A stretch of DNA of 32,666 bases from Hadesarchaea archaeon (GTDB lineage Archaea > Hadarchaeota > Hadarchaeia > Hadarchaeales > Hadarchaeaceae), in assembly GCA_030601665.1 (NCBI GenBank), contig JAUWBP010000002.1, positions 1 through 32,666 on the forward strand. Reading direction: 5' to 3'. Below are positions 16,658 through 24,980 of the stretch, piece by piece (the first letter of the stretch is position 1; every line of letters begins with the position of its first letter). A model generated the notes under the pieces. The model saw only the letters and a program-made list of their open reading frames with translations, had not been told where the DNA came from and ran no database searches. The position numbers and the translations under genes were made by a program.

Positions 16658-17449
16658 ATGAAGCTAGTCCTCGCCTCCACGAGAGACCCGGCAGCCAAAA
16701 ACATCACCGCGCGACTGCTGGAGCTCTACGACTTTGAAAAATCACCAACATCGCCGAACGCACACAGGTGTGGGGATGTTATGCTAGTAACGACTGCGAG
16801 CAGCATAACTCAAATCACCGAGCCACCCATGGACGTGGAGGAAGTCATCGTTGCCTCCAGACATGCCAGCGAATCAGGTAGACCCACGCTCACTGTGCAC
16901 GTGCCGGGTAAACTCGAAAAGATGGAGCTCGCTGAAGCTTCCCCGCCGACGGTAAAAACTGCCCTCAAGGCCCTTTTGGATATGCGCGACGAACTCGGGG
17001 TGACCTACGATGTCTCCCTCGAGGCCACCCACCACGGCCCAACGCAGCTCAATGTCCCGGTGACATTCGTGGAGGTTGGCAGCTCACCCGAACAGTGGCG
17101 CGACGAAAAGGCCGGAGAAGCTGTTGCTCGAGCCATCATGGCCGCGGCAACCACGTCGATAAAGTGTCGCCATGCTATAGGTCTCGGTGGCCCACACTAT
17201 GCCCCCCGCCACACCGACGTGGTCCTGCACACCGACGTTGGGGTAGGACACATCCTTCCAAAGTACGCGAGCATTGATGAAGCGCTGCTCGAGCAGGCGA
17301 TCGTTCGCACCAGAGGGGGCATCGAGCTGCTTGTACTCGACTGGAAGGGCATGAGCAGCGAACAACGTCAGATTTCCCAGCGGGTTGCCAGCAAGCTGAG
17401 CATTCAGGCACTGCGCCGGAGAGAAATCCTTTCCCAAGCAAAGGTTTAA
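16658..17449 (+). CDS. dtdA: D-aminoacyl-tRNA deacylase (archaeal DTD2)
   Basis: STRDPA, SRHASES, LTVHVPG, LEATHHGPT, FVEVGS, GGPHYAP, GHILPKY, DWKG; position upstream of ftsZ. Confidence 0.93.
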   Translation: MKLVLASTRDPAAKNITARLLELYDFEKSPTSPNAHRCGDVMLVTTASSITQITEPPMDVEEVIVASRHASESGRPTLTVHVPGKLEKMELAEASPPTVKTALKALLDMRDELGVTYDVSLEATHHGPTQLNVPVTFVEVGSSPEQWRDEKAGEAVARAIMAAATTSIKCRHAIGLGGPHYAPRHTDVVLHTDVGVGHILPKYASIDEALLEQAIVRTRGGIELLVLDWKGMSSEQRQISQRVASKLSIQALRRREILSQAKV

Positions 17450-17478
17450 ATTAACTCGAGGGAAATTTATTAACATAA

Positions 17479-18636
17479 GTGATAAGGGGGATTTGTTTGC
17501 GGAATGCTGAGTCGGCTGTGTTTACTCCTGAAACGGGATTTGAACTCACGAAGCCGGGAATTTCACCCGTCGCTAGGGTCAAAGCGCCCGAGGCGGTTTC
17601 CACGCTTACCAACGAAGAGCTCGAACAGGTTTTACAACAGGCGCAGGCTCGGATTGCCATCGTCGGTTGCGGCGGCGCAGGTTGCAATACCATCTCTCGC
17701 ATGGTGGGGGTTGGCATCCAGGGCGCTGAGACGATAGGCCTCAACACCGATGCTCAAGACCTGCTTTACACGACTGCCGATCGAAAGATCCTCATTGGGC
17801 GCGATATAACGGGGGGCCTCGGAGCTGGCAACGACCCAGAGAGGGGAGAAGCCGCCGCGCGCGAGAGTGAATCGATTGTGAAGGATCATATCTATGGCAC
17901 CAACATGGTCTTCGTGACCTGCGGTCTAGGAGGGGGGACTGGGACCGGTGCGGTACCAGTCGTGGCAGAGATCGCGAAAAAGCTCGGGGTGCTTACCATT
18001 GGCGTCGTTACCCTGCCGTTCACCGTCGAGGGGACGCGCCGGAGGCAGAACGCCGAACAGGGACTCCTGCGCCTGCGGGGGGTCGCTGATACGGTAGTTG
18101 TGATCCCTAACGACAAGTTGCTCCAGCTTGCCCCAGACCTTCCCATTGGCGCGGCATTCAAGGTAGCCGATCAACTCCTGATGGATGCGATCAAGGGGAT
18201 AACGGAGATGATTACAAAACCCGGGCTCATCAACCTAGATTTCTCCGACGTGCGCGCGGTGCTCCAGAATGGCGGGGTTGCGATGTTAGGCATTGGCGAA
18301 TCAGACACCGACAATCGCGCCAAGGAAGCCGTCGAAGAGGCGTTGACCAGCCCGCTGCTAGACGTCGACATCACCGGGGCAAAAGGAGCGCTTGTAAACG
18401 TGGTCGGGAGCCTTGACATGACGCTCGAGGAGGCGGAGCGGATAGTCTCCCAAGTCTCCGAAACCTTAGACCCAGAAGCTCAAATCATTTGGGGCGCGCA
18501 GATCTCTGAGGATATGAAGAACGAGGTGCGGGTAATGGTCGTGCTCTCCGGCGTCCATTCACCCTATGCGCTTGGCCCGGGCGAGCAACCCCCGCGGGTT
18601 GGCGGGCTCACCGATCTCGGATTGGAGTCCTTGTAA
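17479..18636 (+). CDS. ftsZ: Cell division protein FtsZ (FtsZ1 context)
   Basis: VGCGGAGCN, NTDAQDL, GLGGGTGTG, PFTVEG, IPNDKL, INLDFSDV. The start may be TTG 17497. Confidence 0.97.
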   Translation: MIRGICLRNAESAVFTPETGFELTKPGISPVARVKAPEAVSTLTNEELEQVLQQAQARIAIVGCGGAGCNTISRMVGVGIQGAETIGLNTDAQDLLYTTADRKILIGRDITGGLGAGNDPERGEAAARESESIVKDHIYGTNMVFVTCGLGGGTGTGAVPVVAEIAKKLGVLTIGVVTLPFTVEGTRRRQNAEQGLLRLRGVADTVVVIPNDKLLQLAPDLPIGAAFKVADQLLMDAIKGITEMITKPGLINLDFSDVRAVLQNGGVAMLGIGESDTDNRAKEAVEEALTSPLLDVDITGAKGALVNVVGSLDMTLEEAERIVSQVSETLDPEAQIIWGAQISEDMKNEVRVMVVLSGVHSPYALGPGEQPPRVGGLTDLGLESL

Positions 18637-18810
18637 ATGCGCAGGTTCCTCTCGAACTGTAAGCGAGTGCTGCGGATAGCACGAAAGCCGGGCAAAGATG
18701 AATACCTACAGGTGGCGAAAATCACCGGGCTTGGGATTACACTCATAGGTTTCATTGGGTTCCTGATATTACTCGTCGGCGTTTTCCTCGGCACGACGAC
18801 AGCCCCGTAA
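18637..18810 (+). CDS. secE: Protein translocase SecE/Sec61-gamma (57 aa, not in the ORF track)
   Basis: [57 protein letters not shown]; RKP..EY motif plus a TM helix; lies between ftsZ and spt5. Confidence 0.93.
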   Translation: MRRFLSNCKRVLRIARKPGKDEYLQVAKITGLGITLIGFIGFLILLVGVFLGTTTAP

Positions 18811-18819
18811 GGTGATGGG

Positions 18820-19299
18820 ATGGAGGAAGTCCAGAAGCTGAGCGTGTTCGCTGTCCGTTCAACCATAGGTCAAGAGAAGAACACCACAGACATGATTGCT
18901 ACACGCGCGAAAAATTTTAACTTACCAATCAAGGCCGTGCTCGCGCCCCCTGGGATAAGGGGCTATATATTTGTTGAGGCCATAGGCAAATCCACCGTGG
19001 AGCAAGCACGAGTCGGAATCAAGCACGCGAGGGGTGTCGTCTCGGGGGAAATCCCGATGGGCGAGGTCGAGCACTTTCTCGTGCCGAAGCCTGTCGTCGT
19101 GGGCATGGAGATCGGTGACATCATCGAACTCACCTCAGGTCCCTTCCGAGGGGAGCGCGCAAGAATAATCCGTATCGATGAACCGAAGGAGGAGGTCACC
19201 GTCGAGCTCTTCGAGGCAACCGTGCCGATCCCGGTCACGGTTCGAGGTGACTTCGTGAAGGTGATTCAGAAAAAAGAAAAGGAGGAGGATGCTGAGTGA
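18820..19299 (+). CDS. spt5: Transcription elongation factor Spt5 (NusG)
   Basis: GQEK, GYIFVEA, KOW motif GDIIELTSGPFRGE, VELFEATVPIPVTV. Confidence 0.96.
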   Translation: MEEVQKLSVFAVRSTIGQEKNTTDMIATRAKNFNLPIKAVLAPPGIRGYIFVEAIGKSTVEQARVGIKHARGVVSGEIPMGEVEHFLVPKPVVVGMEIGDIIELTSGPFRGERARIIRIDEPKEEVTVELFEATVPIPVTVRGDFVKVIQKKEKEEDAE

Positions 19300-19586
19300 A
19301 AACAAGCGATGTAAAGCCGGAAATGCGACGCGTCGATTTAGACATGAAAATCGTCGAGATCGAGGAACCACGCTCGTACGCCAGCCGGACCGGGAAAGAA
19401 GGCAGGGTGACCACCGCGATCGGAGAGGACGACTCAGGGCGTATAAAGATCTCAATCTGGGACAAAGATATTGATCGCGTCAAGGTAGGTAACACGGTCA
19501 AAATCCGTAACGGCTATGCGAGACTCTTCCGCGACGAGGTCCATGTCAGTGCGGGCATGTACGGCAAGCTTGAAGTCGTCGAGTAG
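19296..19586 (+). CDS. Single OB-fold ssDNA-binding protein (SSB/RPA-like)
   Basis: KIVEIEEPR..GRV..EDDSGRIKISIWD..VKVGNTVKIRNGY..G.YGKL; GTGA overlap with spt5. Confidence 0.85.
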   Translation: MKTSDVKPEMRRVDLDMKIVEIEEPRSYASRTGKEGRVTTAIGEDDSGRIKISIWDKDIDRVKVGNTVKIRNGYARLFRDEVHVSAGMYGKLEVVE

Positions 19587-19659
19587 TCGGCTACACCACA
19601 GCGCTTTTTAGCGCTTGAAGCCTACTTTTTGAGAGGATTACACCTCTGGTAAGGTAGTC

Positions 19660-20139
19660 ATGATGAAATCGAGGGTTAAGGTATTAGTTGAAGGTGGGAA
19701 AGCCAGTCCCGGGCCGCCTCTGGGTCCAGCCTTGGGGCCGCTCGGCATCAACATTGGGCAGGTAGTAGCGAAAATCAACGAGCAGACCGCCACATTCGAG
19801 AGCATGAAGGTCCCAGTGAGCGTGATCGTGGACAAGAAGACCAAGCAATTTGAAATCGTGGTTGGTTCTCCCCCCATAGCCGCGCTGGTCAAAAAGAAGT
19901 TGGCTCTCGAGAAGGGGGCGAAGACCTCAGGCACGGAAGTCGTCGGGAACCTCACCCTAGCTCAAGCGGTCGAAATCGTGAAGCTGAAGGTTGAGGGCAC
20001 GCTGGCCAAAGGGCTGAAGGCCGCGGTCAAGGAGATCCTCGGGACATGCGTGAGCATGGGCGTGACGGTCGATGGGAAGGACGCCCGCGAGGTGCAGCGT
20101 GAAGTGGATGAGGGGAAACATGACGAGGTGTTAAAGTAA
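19660..20139 (+). CDS. rpl11: 50S ribosomal protein L11
   Basis: GGKASPGPPLGPALGPLG, KVPV, KEILGTCVSMG. Confidence 0.97.
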   Translation: MMKSRVKVLVEGGKASPGPPLGPALGPLGINIGQVVAKINEQTATFESMKVPVSVIVDKKTKQFEIVVGSPPIAALVKKKLALEKGAKTSGTEVVGNLTLAQAVEIVKLKVEGTLAKGLKAAVKEILGTCVSMGVTVDGKDAREVQREVDEGKHDEVLK

Positions 20140-20786
20140 TGCCGGTCTCCAGCGAAAACTTGCTCAAGGCGATTAAGGAGATGAGGGGGAGCAGCCCGCA
20201 GCGAAAATTCGCGCAGGGTGTCGACCTATCGATTAACCTGAGAGACATCGACCCGAAGAAACCAGAAGGGCGCATCGACCTGGACATTACTCTCCCCCAC
20301 GAGGTCGGCAAGCCGTATAAAGTCTGCATTTTCGGTGAGGGGGAGCTCGCGCGCCGGGCACGTGATGCCGGTGCAGACCTCGTGCTTGGACGCGAGGATA
20401 TCGAGACCCTCCAGCAGGAGCGAAAGCGAGCGAAGAAGCTGTCCGACGAATTTCACTTTTTCCTCGCTCAAGCCGATTTTATGGTCAGGATAGGTAAAGC
20501 GCTCGGACCTGTGCTGGGGCCGAGGGGAAAAATGCCAAAACCGATTCCACCCACGACCGACCCAAAGCCACTCATCGAACACCTCAAGAAGACCTTGAAA
20601 GTGCGAACGAAGGACCAGCCGACCCTGCACGCTCATATCGGTGTTGAAAACATGAGTGATGAGGAGCTCGCCACGAACGCGCGAGCGGTGCTCGATGCAA
20701 TCGAACACAGGCTGGATGGCCTCAGCAAGGTCCGCTCGATCCACCTCAAGACGACGATGGGGAAACCAGTGAAGGTCGAGGTGTGA
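20139..20786 (+). CDS. rpl1: 50S ribosomal protein L1
   Basis: RKFAQGVDL, LPH, LGPRGKMP, KTTMG. Confidence 0.97.
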   Translation: MPVSSENLLKAIKEMRGSSPQRKFAQGVDLSINLRDIDPKKPEGRIDLDITLPHEVGKPYKVCIFGEGELARRARDAGADLVLGREDIETLQQERKRAKKLSDEFHFFLAQADFMVRIGKALGPVLGPRGKMPKPIPPTTDPKPLIEHLKKTLKVRTKDQPTLHAHIGVENMSDEELATNARAVLDAIEHRLDGLSKVRSIHLKTTMGKPVKVEV

Positions 20787-20788
20787 GA

Positions 20789-21787
20789 ATGGCTGTAAAA
20801 GCTGAACGAGTTGCACCTTGGAAGCAGGAAGTCGTCAGCGAGCTCATCGAGAAACTCAAACACTACCCGGTGGTCGGGGTGCTCGACGTCGCGGACCTCC
20901 CTGCCGCGCAGTTCCAGCAGATGCGCCGGAAGCTGAGGGAACAGGCAGATATCATCGTCTCCAAGAACACCTTGCTAAGGCTCTCGCTCGAGCAAGCAGC
21001 CGAGCGAAAGGACCCGAAGCTCGAGGAGTTAATCGACCACTTGAGCGGCCCAACTGCCCTGATCCTCGCCCACCTGAACCCTTTCAAACTCAACAGAATC
21101 CTCCGCGAGAGCAAGACCAACGCCCCCGCGAAGCCGGGTTCCCGTTCCCCTCACGATATCGTAATCCCTGCCGGGGAAACCGGCTTCGCCCCGGGGCCCA
21201 TGGTTGGGGACCTTCAGCGCGTCGGGGTCAAGGCCAGAATCCAAGGGGGGAAGGTCGTCATCCTTGAGGACTGCCCAATCCTGAAGGAGGGAGACGTAAT
21301 ATCTAAGGAAATCGCCAACGTCCTTGCGAAGTTTGGAATCATGCCGCTCGAGCTCGGGCTGAAGCTCCGAGCCGTTTATGAGGCCGGCATGGTGTTTTCT
21401 GGTGAAGTTCTAGAGATAGACGAAAAGATGGTCATCGGGCAGGTCCAAGAAGCCAGCGTGAGCGCCCTGAACCTCGCGGTGAACGTGAATTACCCGACCT
21501 CCGTGACTATCAGCCTGATGATCGTGAAGGCGAGCGCCGCCGCTCGGAACCTAGCGCTGAACGCCTATCTACCTGTCTCCCAAATCATGCCCGTGTTGCT
21601 GGCTCGCTCCAGCGCGGAAATGCTGGGCCTTGCAGCGGCCGTGGGTGCGAAGGATCCGCGCGCGTTGGACGAGGATTTAATGAAAATGTTGGGAGTGGAG
21701 CCACCTGCGAAGGCCAAGCCGGAAGAGAAACCTAAAGAGGAACCCACGCCAGAGACAAAGCCAGAAGAAAAGCCTAAAGAGGGGTAA
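20789..21787 (+). CDS. rplP0: 50S ribosomal protein L10 (P0)
   Basis: WKQEVV, QMRRKLR, KNTLL, NPFKL, PAGETGFAPGP, LAKFGI, LNLAVN. Start at ATG 20789. Confidence 0.95.
   Translation: MAVKAERVAPWKQEVVSELIEKLKHYPVVGVLDVADLPAAQFQQMRRKLREQADIIVSKNTLLRLSLEQAAERKDPKLEELIDHLSGPTALILAHLNPFKLNRILRESKTNAPAKPGSRSPHDIVIPAGETGFAPGPMVGDLQRVGVKARIQGGKVVILEDCPILKEGDVISKEIANVLAKFGIMPLELGLKLRAVYEAGMVFSGEVLEIDEKMVIGQVQEASVSALNLAVNVNYPTSVTISLMIVKASAAARNLALNAYLPVSQIMPVLLARSSAEMLGLAAAVGAKDPRALDEDLMKMLGVEPPAKAKPEEKPKEEPTPETKPEEKPKEG
21716..21782 (+). repeat. Imperfect coding repeat (KPEEKPKE x2) at the end of P0
   Basis: AAGCCGGAAGAGAAACCTAAAGAGG and AAGCCAGAAGAAAAGCCTAAAGAGG, 42 nt apart. Confidence 0.6.
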
Positions 21788-21838
21788 AAGTAAGGATAAA
21801 TGTCAAGATGTGCCATTCGAACGATGGAGGGATAACAG

Positions 21839-22135
21839 ATGGAATATGTCTACGCCTCGCTCGTGCTGCATGCGGCTGGAAAGAAAGTGGACGATGCAGG
21901 GCTAGCGAACATTCTAAAGGCAGCGGGAGCTCAGGTGGACGAATCCCGAATTAAGGCAATGGTTGCAGCACTTGAGGGAGTGAACATCGACGAGGCGATC
22001 AAGAGTGCTGCAGTCCCTGCGGTAGCTGCACCTGCGGCGGCTCCAGCGAAGGCCGAGAAAAAGAAGGAAGAGAAAGTCGAAGAGGAGAAGAAGGAAGAGG
22101 AAGCATTAGCCGGTCTTGGCGCGCTGTTCGGTTGA
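21839..22135 (+). CDS. rpl12: 50S ribosomal protein L12 (P1)
   Basis: [36 protein letters not shown]. Confidence 0.97.
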   Translation: MEYVYASLVLHAAGKKVDDAGLANILKAAGAQVDESRIKAMVAALEGVNIDEAIKSAAVPAVAAPAAAPAKAEKKKEEKVEEEKKEEEALAGLGALFG

Positions 22136-22239
22136 TACCAAGCCCCAGCTCTCGGTTATTTTCCTGAGCGAAAATCGTTTAGCTTTGACCAGCGAAATTT
22201 TTAACCTCTGCCCCGATATCTGCTTGGCGAGGCGAGCGC

Positions 22240-24972
22240 GTGAAGGACATCTACAAGGCAGCTCTCTTCAAGCAAGAGGGCTTCGAGCGTAGGCAGTGCC
22301 AAAGCTGCGGGCGCACCTTCTGGACACTCGAGTCAGGACGAAAGACATGCGGCGATACCCCCTGCGACGAGTACACATTTATTAACAACCCCCCGATGAA
22401 GCGAAAATATTCGCTGGCGGGAATGGAACGAGCCTTCCTGAAGTTCTTCAGGCGCCAGGGCCACGAGGTCATCAAGCGCTACCCCGTGGTCGCGCGGTGG
22501 CGTGACGACATCTTCCTCACAATCGCCTCAATCGCGGACTTCCAGCCCTGGGTGACCAGCGGCTTGGTTCCGCCCCCCGCAAACCCATTGGTCGTAAGCC
22601 AGCCCAGCATCCGACTTAAGGACATCGATAACGTCGGGCGGTCGGGGCGGCACTTCACCCTCTTCTTCATGGGCGGCCACCACGCCTTCAACTCACTCCG
22701 ACAACGGGTCTACTGGAATGACGAAACCGTTGCCCTCTGCCATAAGTTCTTGACGAAGGAGCTAGGGATCCCTCCTGATGAAATTTCTTACATCCAAGAC
22801 TTCTGGGAGGGTGGAGGCAACGCGGGGGAGGACTTCGAGGTAAACGTACGCGGGCTGGAGCTCGCGACGCTCGTGTTCATGCAATACATGAGCGAAAACG
22901 GCAAGTACTCGCCGTTGCCTTTGAAAATCGTCGACACGGGCTATGGTCTGGAGCGACTCGCCTGGCTATCGCAGGGTACCGCCTCGAGCTATGATGCCAT
23001 TTTTGGTCCAATGGTCAAGCACCTGTGCAAGCTAGCTAGCGTTAGTGCACCACCTGCCGATGTACTCCGTGAGAACTCAAAACTCGCTGGGATAATGGAC
23101 ATCGAAACGGGACGAGACTTGCTCACGCTCCGCAACAAGGTCGCGGCCCGCACGGGTGTGAGCGTGGAGGAGCTCAACAAACTCCTAGCGCCTCTCGAAG
23201 CCATCTACGCCATCTCAGACCACCTCCGATGCCTTGCCTTCATGTTCGGGGACGGGATAACTCCGAGCAATGTCAAGGAAGGCTACCTCGCGCGCGTGGT
23301 GCTCCGGCGCACCCTACGCATGATGCGAGAGCTTAAAATTCACAACCCTCTCGCGGAGCTCATGGCGCTCGAGCTCAAGCACTTGGGTCCACAGTTCCGC
23401 GAGTTGAGAGAACGAGAGGGTTACATCATCGAGGTAATCGAGCTCGAGGAACGACGATACCGGGATGCAATCTCGCGGGGGAGCAAGCTAGTCGAGCGGC
23501 TAGCAGGTGGGCTTCGCGCCGAGGGCAAACCCCTACCCCGCGAAAAGCTCATCGAGCTCTACGACAGCCATGGGCTACCACCAGAAATCGTGAGGGAAGT
23601 CGCCGGTAAGGAAGGCGTCATGGTGGAGGTTCCAGAGGATTTCTACATCAAGGTTGCGAAGTTACATAGTCGGGCCCGACATGTGCCCGCGGCTGTGGCC
23701 CCCGTCCCGAAGGGGCAGCTCCGCCGCCTGCCCCCCACTAAAGCCCTTTACTACAAGGACCCGTACGCCTTGGAGTTCGGGGCGAAGGTGCTGCAATGCT
23801 TCGGCGGCTACGTCGTGCTCGACCAGACTACCTTTTACCCCGAGGGCGGAGGGCAACCAAGCGACGTGGGCTCGCTTGAAGGTAGTAGAGGCAGAGGGGA
23901 AGTTCTGGATGTAAAAAAAGCCGGCGATGTCATCCTGCACCACGTGAAGCCGAACCCCTTCAAGACTGGGCAGCACGTGCGTGGGAAAATCGACTGGGCG
24001 CGCCGTAGCTCGCTCATGCGCCACCACACGGGAACCCACATTCTGCTGGGGGCAGCCCGGCGCGTGCTGGGCGATCACGTCTGGCAGCATGGGGCACAGA
24101 AGGGAGTCGAGCGTACCCGCTTAGATCTCTCTCACTTCAAGCGCATCGAGCAAAAGGAGCTGCGGGAGATCGAGCGCTTGGCTAACGCGGTTGTTATGGC
24201 GGACCGACCCGTTGGTACGAGCTGGATGGACCGAAACGAAGCGGAACGAAAATATGGTTTCGACCTTTATCAAGGAGGCATCGTGCCCGGCAAAAAAGTT
24301 CGGGTGGTGGAAGTGGAGGGGTGGAACGCCCAAGCCTGCGCGGGGACCCACTGCACGCGCACGGGTGAAGTCGGGTTCATCAAGATTGCACGAACTGAGC
24401 GAATTCAAGACGGCGTCGAGCGAGTCGAGTTCGTGGTAGGGGATGCCGCGCTGAAGTTCGCGCAGGCGCAGGAGAGACAACTCGCCAAGGCGGCTGAGGT
24501 CCTGCGCACCACTCCTGAGCGGGTAGCAGCAGCGACCCAGGAGCTCTTCGACGAGTGGAAGACCGCGCAGAAGGAACTCGACCGGTTGCGCGGGCGGCTG
24601 GCTGAACTCCGACTCATCGAGCTCCGTTCAAAAGCGAGGCAGGTGGGGAAAGTTCGCGCGATATGCGAGGAGATCGAGGGTGCCAGCGCGGATGAGCTGA
24701 TCAAGATCGCGAGCGCCCTGACGAGAGAGGATAAGAGGCTAGTCGTCGTGCTGGGAACGCGCGATGCCACGGCCAAGCTGGTGGCGATGGCCGGAGAGGA
24801 AGCCGTGCGCGCGGGGGCTGACTGCGGCGGGATAGCTGCAGAGGCCGCGCAGGTGCTGGGTGGCGGGGGTGGTGGAAAGCCGGAGCTCGGCCAAGGGGGA
24901 GGCCCGAAAGCGGATTACCTGGTCGCCGCGCTCAGGAAAACACTTGAAACGTGCAAAAAGCAACAAGCGTAG
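22240..24972 (+). CDS. alaS: Alanine--tRNA ligase (archaeal type)
   Basis: YPVVARWRDD, IASIADFQP, MGGHHAFN, DTGYGLER, FYPEGGGQ, editing motifs HHTGTH and QACAGTH, C-Ala GGGGGKP. TTTTTAA at 22198-22204. Confidence 0.98.
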   Translation: MKDIYKAALFKQEGFERRQCQSCGRTFWTLESGRKTCGDTPCDEYTFINNPPMKRKYSLAGMERAFLKFFRRQGHEVIKRYPVVARWRDDIFLTIASIADFQPWVTSGLVPPPANPLVVSQPSIRLKDIDNVGRSGRHFTLFFMGGHHAFNSLRQRVYWNDETVALCHKFLTKELGIPPDEISYIQDFWEGGGNAGEDFEVNVRGLELATLVFMQYMSENGKYSPLPLKIVDTGYGLERLAWLSQGTASSYDAIFGPMVKHLCKLASVSAPPADVLRENSKLAGIMDIETGRDLLTLRNKVAARTGVSVEELNKLLAPLEAIYAISDHLRCLAFMFGDGITPSNVKEGYLARVVLRRTLRMMRELKIHNPLAELMALELKHLGPQFRELREREGYIIEVIELEERRYRDAISRGSKLVERLAGGLRAEGKPLPREKLIELYDSHGLPPEIVREVAGKEGVMVEVPEDFYIKVAKLHSRARHVPAAVAPVPKGQLRRLPPTKALYYKDPYALEFGAKVLQCFGGYVVLDQTTFYPEGGGQPSDVGSLEGSRGRGEVLDVKKAGDVILHHVKPNPFKTGQHVRGKIDWARRSSLMRHHTGTHILLGAARRVLGDHVWQHGAQKGVERTRLDLSHFKRIEQKELREIERLANAVVMADRPVGTSWMDRNEAERKYGFDLYQGGIVPGKKVRVVEVEGWNAQACAGTHCTRTGEVGFIKIARTERIQDGVERVEFVVGDAALKFAQAQERQLAKAAEVLRTTPERVAAATQELFDEWKTAQKELDRLRGRLAELRLIELRSKARQVGKVRAICEEIEGASADELIKIASALTREDKRLVVVLGTRDATAKLVAMAGEEAVRAGADCGGIAAEAAQVLGGGGGGKPELGQGGGPKADYLVAALRKTLETCKKQQA

Positions 24973-24980
24973 GGACAGGC

